From positions 1 to 41,824 of the forward strand of contig JAAZNS010000508.1 in NCBI GenBank assembly GCA_012798185.1: 41,824 nucleotides of DNA, given 5' to 3'. Positions 14,626-23,289 of the stretch are shown here, piece by piece (the first letter of the stretch is position 1; each line of letters starts with the position of its first letter). The position numbers and the translations under genes are program-made. Source of the DNA: Chloroflexota bacterium. Its GTDB lineage: Bacteria > Chloroflexota > Anaerolineae > Anaerolineales > UBA4823. Under the pieces are notes generated by a model. That model was not told the origin of the DNA. It searched no databases and worked only from the letters and a program-made list of their open reading frames with translations.

Positions 14626-16587
14626 TTATGATTCTATCCCATCCTGTAGTTGCAAAAGTGAGAAAAACATTTCCACCGCCCGCGGGTCGAAATGCTTCCC
14701 CGCTTGCTCTCGGATATATGCCAGGGCTTTTTCCTGCGACCATGCAGGACGGTAAGGGCGTTCGCTGGTCAGTGCATCCCACACATCCACTACTGCGAAC
14801 AGACGCGCTGCCAGGGGAATTTCATCTCCTTTTAATCCATCGGGGTAACCGGTGCCATCCCATTTCTCATGGTGCGAATAAGGAATATCCAGTGCTGGGC
14901 GCAGGTACTCGATGGGCGAAAACATCTCGTAAGCATATTGGGGATGAAGACGCATAATTGCCCATTCTTCTTCGGTCAGAGGACCCGGCTTGAGCAAAAT
15001 GGAATCGGGGATGCCCATTTTTCCCATATCGTGGAGCAAGGCGCCCCGGCGCACATGCACCAGTTCACTATCCATCATCCCGAAGGCGCGCGCCAGCCGC
15101 ACAGTCATATCAGCTACCCGCTGGGTATGACCTTCGGTTTCTTTATCGCGTAAATCGAGGGCGCGTGAAAGGCCCTGGATTGTGGCGTCGTATGCCATGG
15201 TTAATTGGGCATTAGTGCTATGCAGGTCTTTGAACAGTGTCAGATTGTCGATGGCAATAGCGATCTGACTTGCCAGGGTTTCCAGGAAAGCCAGCCATTG
15301 ATTATCGGGGTTCAACGGAGTCCGGCTGTATACTTCCAGCACCCCTTTTACTTGTCCTTTAGCAATAAAGGGAACGCCAAAAAATGAGACAAAACCTTCA
15401 TCCACATAAAAAGAAGACTGCACCTTATCGCCGGCTTCCTGGCTTAGGTCTGGAATACAGATCGTTTTGCGCTCTAAGGCAGCCCGCAAGGCATAGCCTT
15501 CTTCCAGCCGTGAACGGGTGCGGCTGAGGTTGTAGGTGCGAAATCCCCGCCCGGCAGTAAATTCCAGCGTCAGGGTATGAGGATCCAGCATGAAAACGGC
15601 AGCAGCGTCCACTTCCAATTGTGCCAGAGTGTGTTCCAGGAAAACATTCAAGGTGACTTTAAGATCAAAACTGCTGGCAACTGTCAACTGGATATCATGC
15701 AGCGCCTGAGTATGCCGGAGGTGGCGCTGTACATCGTCGAACAACCGGGAGCGGCGGATGGCATTGCCAGCCATTTCTGCCATTGCAGAAAGAAGCCTGA
15801 TTTCATTTTCTGAAACCGGCTTTACATCCGGTTTATTAAGTCGGGATGCCAGGAAGACGCCCAAGAAATCATTTTCCGATTGCAGAGGAACAATAACCAT
15901 TGGACCGCTTTCGGTGATATGACGGAGAGTTTCCACCCGTAAAGGCTCTTTGCTGTAATCGGGTGTGATAAAAGGCTGGCGGGAAAGCAGAACACGCCCG
16001 CTGCCGCCCTGATGGGAGGGAAAAGAATTGCCGATTTCGGGTGCTGCATTCCCGGTAGCGTGGGTGAAGGTAAATTTTTGGCTTTCCTCATCGAATAGAA
16101 GTACTGCGCCGCCGTCAGTCTCAACTACCCGCTGCATTTCATTGAGCAAGATCGGTATCATTTCATCGGGTGTTTGCGCTTCGCGCAGACGACTAGAAAG
16201 GGTGAACAATGCTTCTAATTCTTCAGAGCGGGTACGGTAAAGCGCTTCTGCTTGCTTTTGCTGGGTGAAGAGGCGGGCATTGGTAATCGCCAAAGCCGCC
16301 TGATCGGCAATTCCCGATAATAATGCCACATCGTCTGGGGAATATTCGCGGTTGATACTGACAGAAGCGCCCCATAGCACGCCAATGGTTTCATCGCTCA
16401 CCTGGATATAACCGATTATTACCGAGCGATAATCTCTTTCGACTATCCCAGTAATCCCCAATTGTTTAATAATATCTGAAGCGTTGATAATCAAGACTGG
16501 AGAATGATTTTGATTTACATTTTCTACCACGCTGGGCGGAAATTTGGGCAAAATAAGATATTCTTCTTCGGGCATTCCTACCGCCAT
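14626..16587 (-). CDS. GAF-GAF-GAF-HD-GYP protein (putative c-di-GMP phosphodiesterase); the first GAF domain is N-terminally incomplete
   Basis: The HD-GYP signature is HLRHTQ...LLHDMGKMGIPD...HHEKWDGTGYPDGLKG. Three GAF-like blocks are present. Similarity continues in frame upstream of Met 16587 to the TAA at 16663-16665. Confidence 0.85.
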   Translation of the reverse strand: MAVGMPEEEYLILPKFPPSVVENVNQNHSPVLIINASDIIKQLGITGIVERDYRSVIIGYIQVSDETIGVLWGASVSINREYSPDDVALLSGIADQAALAITNARLFTQQKQAEALYRTRSEELEALFTLSSRLREAQTPDEMIPILLNEMQRVVETDGGAVLLFDEESQKFTFTHATGNAAPEIGNSFPSHQGGSGRVLLSRQPFITPDYSKEPLRVETLRHITESGPMVIVPLQSENDFLGVFLASRLNKPDVKPVSENEIRLLSAMAEMAGNAIRRSRLFDDVQRHLRHTQALHDIQLTVASSFDLKVTLNVFLEHTLAQLEVDAAAVFMLDPHTLTLEFTAGRGFRTYNLSRTRSRLEEGYALRAALERKTICIPDLSQEAGDKVQSSFYVDEGFVSFFGVPFIAKGQVKGVLEVYSRTPLNPDNQWLAFLETLASQIAIAIDNLTLFKDLHSTNAQLTMAYDATIQGLSRALDLRDKETEGHTQRVADMTVRLARAFGMMDSELVHVRRGALLHDMGKMGIPDSILLKPGPLTEEEWAIMRLHPQYAYEMFSPIEYLRPALDIPYSHHEKWDGTGYPDGLKGDEIPLAARLFAVVDVWDALTSERPYRPAWSQEKALAYIREQAGKHFDPRAVEMFFSLLQLQDGIES

Positions 16588-16662
16588 CGCAGGGTAAAAA
16601 AGATCAATTTCCGGGTTATAGAGATATATATTGACAATAGGTAAGTCCAGCGATTTGGATGT

Positions 16663-17550
16663 TTATTCGCATATGGCAATTAATGATTCTTGTAAATCCA
16701 GAGAAGCGTTCAAGCGGGAAGCGATACGCAGCAAGGTTGCCGCGCGGGCTGCTTCGTGGCGGATACGATCATCTGCCAGTTTGGCAGCGGTGATGTCTTC
16801 GAGCGTGCCGTCGTAATAAATGATTTTTCCGGTTTCATCGCGTATTGCTCGGGCATTTTCCCGCACGTAAATCGGGCTGCCATCTTTTTTATAAAGAACG
16901 ATCTCCATGCCCTGGGCAATGCCCTCTTTTTCCAGTTCTTCACGGATTTTCACTCGTTGAGCGACAGTTTGGAGTCTGCTGTCTTCCAGATTTTGTTTTG
17001 CCAATTCATCGAAAGATTCATAGCCAAGCATGCGCACAGCTGCCGGATTAGCCATAAGTATTTTTCCATCAGGCGTGGTGCGATAAATGCCGATGGTGGC
17101 GTTTTCATATACAGAACGAAAACGCTCTTCGCTTTCCCGCAGAGCCATTTCTGCCTGCTGGCGTTCTATACGCACTTGTTTTTCTTCCAAAGCGCGTAAA
17201 ATCGCCGGACCCAGCCGTTTGATATGTTCTTTGATTACGTAGTCAGATGCCCCCGCTTTCATGCAAGAGACTGCTGTATCTTCATTCAAGGAGCCTGTCA
17301 GCATAATCAGCGGTGTGAGAGGAGTGCGCTCCAGCGCCAGTTTTAAGGCAGATAAACCATCGAATTGAGGAAGCCGATAATCTGATACGATAATATCGGG
17401 TTGAAATTTTTCCAAAGCAGACAGATAATCTTCGCGGGTCTCCACTACCTGAAATTCGCACGATTTTAAATCCTTGGAAATCTCCCGTTGAGCCAGTTTG
17501 GCGTCTGTAGGTAAGTCTTCGACAAGTAAAATTCGGATTGCATCATCCAT
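16663..17550 (-). CDS. Response-regulator receiver plus PAS protein, terminated inside the start of a GAF domain
   Basis: The REC domain has ILLVEDLPTD, the phospho-acceptor context IIVSDYRLPQFDG, and MLTGS...KAGASDYVIK. A PAS block follows (FRSVYENATIGIYRTTPDGKILMANPA...). The last ~35 aa (ATLLRIASRLNASLDLQESLIAICE) read like a GAF N-terminus. Confidence 0.85.
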   Translation of the reverse strand: MDDAIRILLVEDLPTDAKLAQREISKDLKSCEFQVVETREDYLSALEKFQPDIIVSDYRLPQFDGLSALKLALERTPLTPLIMLTGSLNEDTAVSCMKAGASDYVIKEHIKRLGPAILRALEEKQVRIERQQAEMALRESEERFRSVYENATIGIYRTTPDGKILMANPAAVRMLGYESFDELAKQNLEDSRLQTVAQRVKIREELEKEGIAQGMEIVLYKKDGSPIYVRENARAIRDETGKIIYYDGTLEDITAAKLADDRIRHEAARAATLLRIASRLNASLDLQESLIAICE

Positions 17551-17577
17551 AATGCACCTTAATTGATCTCATAAAAT

Positions 17578-20500
17578 TCATAAATATGCCTTTTTGGGTA
17601 GAGAGAAGTAAAATGTAGCACCTTTACCTACCTCTCCTTCACCCCAAACCCGCCCGCCATGGCGTTGGATAACTCGCTCAACAATAGCTAAACCGACACC
17701 CGTGCCTTCGAAATCTCGCTCGCTGTGCAGCCGGTGGAAGACGCCAAAAAGCTGGTGGGCGTAATTCATGTCGAAACCGGCGCCGTTATCCCGCACGAAA
17801 TACACAGTTTCAGTTTCATTAGGGGTGCAACCGATTTCAATTTTGGCTTGGGCTTGTTTAGAAGAAAATTTTATTGCATTGGAAATCAAGTTTGCCCACA
17901 CTTGTTTTATTAATGATGGGTCTCCAATACTTGGCGTTAGTGTATCAATTTTTATATCTATCCTATTCTGTTCCTGCTGAGGCACGAGTTCCTCGCATAT
18001 TGAAGTTACTAGGTACTGCATATCAATTTGAGCAGTACGCATTTCGGTGCGATTCAAGCGAGAGAATGCCAGCAGGTCGTCGATCAACTGACTCATCCAC
18101 CGGCTGTTATCGCTGATTACAGAAAAAAGGCGCTGTCCCTCTTCATCCAACACCGAGGAATAATCCTCAAGAATAATACGGGAGAAGCCGTCGATTGCCC
18201 TTAAGGGAGCGCGCAGGTCATGAGAAACAGAATAAGTAAACGCCTCCATTTCTCTGTTTGCCGATTCGAACTGGTGTGTGCGGTTGATGACCCGTTGTTC
18301 TAGCTCTTCATTAAGACGCCGTATTTCTTGTTCTGCGTTTTTTCGCTCGGTAATGTCCATCAATTGTCCTAATATTTTTCTTTTGCCGGTGGAATCTTCA
18401 AAAGCTGTGACAGTCATTTCCACTTGCCGGTTTTCGCCGTCTTTGCGGACAATGCCAAACTCATAACGCGATGGCGGTTCTTCGCCTTTTATACGACGGT
18501 TATAACGGTCTTGCACCAAACTGAGGCTCGATATATCTAAGAATTTTTGGAATTTGCTTCCGATGATTTCATCGAGCGGGTATCCCAGAGTGTTTGACAA
18601 TTCTTGATTGGCATATTCCATGACCGCAGTATCGTTCACAATAAAAATTCCGATGGGGGAAGATTCTACTACAGTGCGATAGCGTTCTTCGCTTGATCGC
18701 AATGCTTCTTCAGCATGCACGCGATCGGTAATGTCCATTATTTGCCCCATAATCTTTTTATTCCCGGTGGAATCTTCGATTTTTATGGAAGTCATTTCAA
18801 CATGTCGTTGTGCACCGTCTTTGCGAATGATATTGAATTTGTATTGGTTAGGAACATACTCGCCCTGCATACGCCGGTTGAAGTGGTCGTATACCAGGGC
18901 TCTGTTTTCTTCATCCATCACCTTGGATGCTATTTCATGACCAATGATTTCCTCGGGAGAGTAGCCAAAGATTTTACACATTTCTTTATTGGCATACTCA
19001 ATCAGCGCATCTTTGTTTGCGATATAAAATCCGATAGGTGATGATTCAACCACCGTTCGGAAGCGTTCTTCGCTTTTGCGCAACGCTTCTTCAGCTCGCT
19101 TGCGCTCAGTGATGGGTTTATGTTGGATTACCGCGTTGGTCAGTTTTCCGTTGGCGTCGATGATCGGGAAAATGGTTACATCCAGGATAACCGTTGTAGG
19201 GTTTTCCACATGCCATTCTTCTATTCGAGAAGTATCATAGGTGATTTCAAATTGAACCGGCTCGAGTTTTTCATACATATGCTCAATGATTGGCAGAAGC
19301 CCTTGTTCGATAACAATAGCATCCTTGAAGATATTGTATTTATTGACTACCATTTCATCGGTGATGTGCAGCAAGTCTTTACACGCTTGATTGATCCGGA
19401 TCAGGGTGCCTTTTTCATCGGATATCCAGAAGGGGTAAGGGCTTTGTTCGATTATTTCATTAAGAAAAGCTTCTGAGTTGCGCAGTGCCTCTTCAGCCTG
19501 CTGGCGGGAGGTGATATCGATATGGAATGAGAGCAGAGCATCTTCCCCTTCCCAGGGGAATTTAATGGTGAAATCTTCGATGGTCAACGGGTTACCTGAC
19601 TTATGGAGACCTCTAAAGGATTTAGGGGTTTCCAACCGATTCCCCTGGGTAATGGATTGAAATATCCCGATGACCTTTTGGATATCATCTGGATAGATAA
19701 AATCGGTGATATGCCTGCCGATGATTTCTTTGGGCGATTCATAGCCAAAAAGATGGCATTCAGCCAAATTGCAAAAGATAATTTCGCTGCCTTTGGTGAC
19801 CACCTGCCCAATTGGCGACTTCTCGAACAGGGCGCGGTATTTTTCTTCGGATGTCTTCAATGCCTGTTCGGCTTGTATGCGGTCGGTGATATCACGGATC
19901 ATAATTACAAATGAGGTGGCATTGCCTGCCTCATCGAAGATCGCCCGGGTGCTGATCTCTCCGGTGATGATTTCGCCATTTTCTCGGATAAGCCGCAGGT
20001 GATTCTTCCCTTTGTTGCCAGTTTCAGATACTGCCCGGAACATTTCCCTGGCAATAGCCATGTCATCTGGGTGGATGATTTTATTGCCTTTAACTCCGAT
20101 AAGATCACTGCTTGAGTGGAAGCCGAGCAATTCTGCGCTGCTTTGATTGCCGGCTATGAAAATGCCATAGAGATCGGTGAGCAGGATGGCATCTGGCGAA
20201 GTTTCGATCACTGTCTGATAACGGATATCGCTCTCTCTTAGTGCGGTCTGAGACAGGCGAATATCGCCGTATGATTTCGAAAGCGAGTAGGCAATCAGCA
20301 GGATCATGATGGGGTAGGCATATTCAACGGCGTAAATAAATAAATATAATCCTGTACTGACTGCTACATCATTTGCCATCGCGGCATACATAACCATCAT
20401 CGACACAAGAAGAGGAATAATTTCTTCTTTTTTATGGCGTTGGTAATAACGAAACCCGATATATAGAATCAGTAATCCCGCTGCCAGCCATGTTAGATAT

Positions 20501-20958
20501 AAGATGATCGTAAAAAACCCAGGAACGACTTCGTAATAAGTAATGCTTTGGTTATTGGGAAGCGGTATGGTCTTGATCGAGGGTTTGTCCATCATCCAGG
20601 TAAGATTGGAACGATCGAAAAGCTGGATTGCAGCCATCAGCAATAAGATGACAGTCAGCCAAACTATGGGGCGTTTGTTTACATAATGGGTGTAATCAGC
20701 CACGAACCAAAGGAAAAAACTCATTTGAAAGGCATTGGCGATTTGCTGGCTTCGTCCCCACTGCGCTCCTGCTGTAATGTTGGATGCATGGTACAGCTCA
20801 ATACAAAAAATATCATATAAGGTCGTGGAAAGGCTAAAAAGTGCGAAAATAAGGTGATAGCGCTTACTTCGGTCTCGAAAATACAACATCAAGTGGTAAA
20901 TTCCCACATAGAAAGCGATGCTGGCAATTATAAGAATTGGAATGGAATATTGATTCAT
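17578..20958 (-). CDS. Sensor histidine kinase: 7TMR-DISM-type 7-TM N-terminus, five PAS domains, HisKA, HATPase_c
   Basis: The first ~235 aa are hydrophobic. Five S(E/D)E(K/R)(Y/F)R-initiated PAS blocks follow. The H-box is FTYSVSHDLRAPLRAI, the N-box NLISNAIKFS, and the G-boxes are VRDNGAGFD and GTGVGLAIVERVIQRHGGRVW. The track start is TTG 20970, but ATG 20958 is preferred. Confidence 0.85.
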   Translation of the reverse strand: MNQYSIPILIIASIAFYVGIYHLMLYFRDRSKRYHLIFALFSLSTTLYDIFCIELYHASNITAGAQWGRSQQIANAFQMSFFLWFVADYTHYVNKRPIVWLTVILLLMAAIQLFDRSNLTWMMDKPSIKTIPLPNNQSITYYEVVPGFFTIILYLTWLAAGLLILYIGFRYYQRHKKEEIIPLLVSMMVMYAAMANDVAVSTGLYLFIYAVEYAYPIMILLIAYSLSKSYGDIRLSQTALRESDIRYQTVIETSPDAILLTDLYGIFIAGNQSSAELLGFHSSSDLIGVKGNKIIHPDDMAIAREMFRAVSETGNKGKNHLRLIRENGEIITGEISTRAIFDEAGNATSFVIMIRDITDRIQAEQALKTSEEKYRALFEKSPIGQVVTKGSEIIFCNLAECHLFGYESPKEIIGRHITDFIYPDDIQKVIGIFQSITQGNRLETPKSFRGLHKSGNPLTIEDFTIKFPWEGEDALLSFHIDITSRQQAEEALRNSEAFLNEIIEQSPYPFWISDEKGTLIRINQACKDLLHITDEMVVNKYNIFKDAIVIEQGLLPIIEHMYEKLEPVQFEITYDTSRIEEWHVENPTTVILDVTIFPIIDANGKLTNAVIQHKPITERKRAEEALRKSEERFRTVVESSPIGFYIANKDALIEYANKEMCKIFGYSPEEIIGHEIASKVMDEENRALVYDHFNRRMQGEYVPNQYKFNIIRKDGAQRHVEMTSIKIEDSTGNKKIMGQIMDITDRVHAEEALRSSEERYRTVVESSPIGIFIVNDTAVMEYANQELSNTLGYPLDEIIGSKFQKFLDISSLSLVQDRYNRRIKGEEPPSRYEFGIVRKDGENRQVEMTVTAFEDSTGKRKILGQLMDITERKNAEQEIRRLNEELEQRVINRTHQFESANREMEAFTYSVSHDLRAPLRAIDGFSRIILEDYSSVLDEEGQRLFSVISDNSRWMSQLIDDLLAFSRLNRTEMRTAQIDMQYLVTSICEELVPQQEQNRIDIKIDTLTPSIGDPSLIKQVWANLISNAIKFSSKQAQAKIEIGCTPNETETVYFVRDNGAGFDMNYAHQLFGVFHRLHSERDFEGTGVGLAIVERVIQRHGGRVWGEGEVGKGATFYFSLPKKAYL

Positions 20959-21012
20959 AAAAAAATTCAAACGCCTAAATTATGGCTAATTCTCTTACAA
21001 CATCTTTGCATC

Positions 21013-21108
21013 TTACCCTGCCTGATGCGGGAGAGAGAAATAGAAAATGGCGCCTTGCCCTACGGCGCTCTCTGCCCATACCCGTCCGCCATGGCGCAGG
21101 ATGATGCG
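21013..21108 (-). pseudogene. Orphaned 31-codon C-terminal end of the HATPase_c domain of the upstream kinase (after in-frame TAG)
   Basis: The same frame reads [34 protein letters not shown]. This is colinear with the paralogous kinase tail ERVIQRHGGRVWGEGEVGKGATFYFSLP. Confidence 0.8.
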
Positions 21109-23289
21109 CTACACGATTGCCAATCCAACACCGGTGCCCTCGAATTCTTTTTCGCTGTGCAAACGCTGAAATACCCCAAATAATTTTGAAGCATATTCCA
21201 TATCGAAACCAGCACCGTTATCGCGGACGAAATAAATGATTTCGGAATCGTTAGTTTGGCTGCCGATGGAAATAACCGGGCGAAGAACTTTTGCGGAAAA
21301 TTTAATGGCATTGCTGATCAGGTTATGCCACACCTGACGCATCAGAATTGGATCTCCCTTAATAGGAGGAAGACCATCGACGCGGAAATCTATGTGCGAG
21401 CGCTCTTCAGGGGTAGTCAATTCCTGATATACCGAGTTTGCCAATTCGGTCATCTCGACCGTTTCGGGCAGCATTTCGGTGCGCTGTAAACGGGAAAACG
21501 CCAATAGATCATCGATCAGCTTACTCATCCTTTGTGCATTTTCGCGGATAACGTCGAACAGATGCCTGCCCTCTTCATCTAAAAATGCAAGGTAATCTTC
21601 TTGAATGATGTGTGCATAGCCATTGATAGCTCGCAGAGGCGCCCGCAGATCGTGGGATACGGAATAAGAAAAGGCTTCCAGTTCTTTGTTAGCTGTAGAA
21701 AGGTGATCGGCTTGAGCCTGAAGCTTTTGGTTAAGGTTTAAGATCTCTTGTTCTACCCGCTTGTGCTCGCTGATATCTTCGACAGTAAGAAGGAGGTGAG
21801 GATGTCCATCGGAAATAAATGTAGTAAAACGGCAATTAAACCAGGCTTCTTTTCCAAAGGTAGTCTTAATAAAAATTTCTTTTTTGGTTTCCACAAGGCT
21901 ATCGCGAGCATCCAATGCAATTTGGTAAAGCCCCGATTGTTTCCATGAATCAATGTGATGATAATTTTGGGCTAATAATTGCTCATTGGTGGCGTTTACC
22001 AATCTTCCCAGAGCTTCATTTGCCAGGATGCATTGCCCGGTGTCGTCGTATACTGCAATGCCGGTGGTGGATGCTGAAAGGATTTCTTTTTGGAAATTGA
22101 GGGCATTTTGTAATTGCTGCGTCCGCTCAGCAACTTTGGTTTCCAAATTTTGCAGCATTTCACGCAATTGGGCGGTCATACTGTTGAAGGCTTCTGCTAA
22201 ATTGATAACTTCTTTTGGACCGCTTACTACCACTTGCAAATCCATTTCGCCGCCGGCAATGCGGGTGGCAGTATTCTCTAGGTTAATCAGAGATGCAGCC
22301 AGACGGCGCGATAATAAAGAAGCCAGCAGGGCAGCCAAAACCGCAACCACAATGATAATGATAATTCCCCGCGCTGCGTTCCACATGATCTTTTCATAGG
22401 CTTCTTGCCAGGGGATTTCTATTACCACAGCCCAATCGGGTGTCCCTAATGGCACATAATTCCCCACTACCAGAATATCCGCAATGCCCATGTAAGTGCT
22501 TGGTTCTTGAGGAGGCGCGGAAGAACCTGCCTTAGTGAAATCATCGATCGTTTTTATATAACGCTTGTTCTTGCCTTTAAGTACAAGTGCTGCATCTTTA
22601 TAGGCGATCAAATTTCCCGTGCGGTCGATTACATAAGCATAGCCTTTCTCGCCTACTCTTAGATTTTCCACCAGATCCCACATGAATTTCAAATTGGTCT
22701 CAGCCAGGATAACCCCTTTATACTGGTGAAAAACATCCCAAAAAGGCGTTGCCATGATGATCAAAGGCTCATAGGTATCAGGATCAATATAAACCTGGCT
22801 GATAAAGCGATTACCCTTTTGAATTTGCAGTAAGGCTTCTTCTGGCAACATCTTGAGTAAACGATCGGGCGCTTCGTACGATTTTCGGGAAGCTTGAGCT
22901 AATACCTTGTTGCGGGTGTCTAATAATATCAGCTGTCGAAACGCAGGCTGCAAACCTAATAGACTTTCCAAGACATATTTTTGTTCTTCAGCTGGTTTAA
23001 GCGCCAGATCGGTAAGCCATATGGCTGTATCCATTGAATTGAACTTTTCTTGGATGAAGTTACTCACACTTTGGGCGGTTTGCTGGGCAACAAGATATTG
23101 ATAATCGGAAATGACTAATCTTTGGGATTGAATATTGGAGAGAAGCTGCAGAGTTCCTGAGAAAAGCAGCGCCAGCACACTCAACCCTACAAAAACCCAA
23201 ACCAATGTGGCGTAGAGTGTAAGTGCGTCCTTAGATTGTCTTGCGTGCTTATCCATCAAATGCTTACCTTGCTTACAAAAAATCATCAA
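21109..23289 (-). CDS. Sensor histidine kinase (TM, Cache-like extracytoplasmic domain, TM, HAMP, PAS, HisKA, HATPase_c), truncated by TAG 21109-21111
   Basis: There are two TM segments, with a HAMP domain (RRLAASLINL...AEAFNSMTAQL) after the second. The H-box is FSYSVSHDLRAPLRAI, the N-box NLISNAIKFS, and the G1 and G2 boxes are DNGAGFD and GTGVGLAIV-stop. The start ATG 23286 overlaps the stop of the upstream gene (TGATG). Confidence 0.85.
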   Translation of the reverse strand: MMIFCKQGKHLMDKHARQSKDALTLYATLVWVFVGLSVLALLFSGTLQLLSNIQSQRLVISDYQYLVAQQTAQSVSNFIQEKFNSMDTAIWLTDLALKPAEEQKYVLESLLGLQPAFRQLILLDTRNKVLAQASRKSYEAPDRLLKMLPEEALLQIQKGNRFISQVYIDPDTYEPLIIMATPFWDVFHQYKGVILAETNLKFMWDLVENLRVGEKGYAYVIDRTGNLIAYKDAALVLKGKNKRYIKTIDDFTKAGSSAPPQEPSTYMGIADILVVGNYVPLGTPDWAVVIEIPWQEAYEKIMWNAARGIIIIIVVAVLAALLASLLSRRLAASLINLENTATRIAGGEMDLQVVVSGPKEVINLAEAFNSMTAQLREMLQNLETKVAERTQQLQNALNFQKEILSASTTGIAVYDDTGQCILANEALGRLVNATNEQLLAQNYHHIDSWKQSGLYQIALDARDSLVETKKEIFIKTTFGKEAWFNCRFTTFISDGHPHLLLTVEDISEHKRVEQEILNLNQKLQAQADHLSTANKELEAFSYSVSHDLRAPLRAINGYAHIIQEDYLAFLDEEGRHLFDVIRENAQRMSKLIDDLLAFSRLQRTEMLPETVEMTELANSVYQELTTPEERSHIDFRVDGLPPIKGDPILMRQVWHNLISNAIKFSAKVLRPVISIGSQTNDSEIIYFVRDNGAGFDMEYASKLFGVFQRLHSEKEFEGTGVGLAIV

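Noticed and set aside
12541-21111. Genome-wide reassignment of TAA/TAG to sense codons as the explanation for the in-frame stops
   Set aside because: In this same window TAA, TAG and TGA all close well-delimited genes at positions where the protein families normally end. Examples are TAA at 2174-2176 and 8829-8831, TAG at 28100-28102 (cmk) and 34377-34379, and TGA at 3660-3662. Reading through them gives no protein-like extension.
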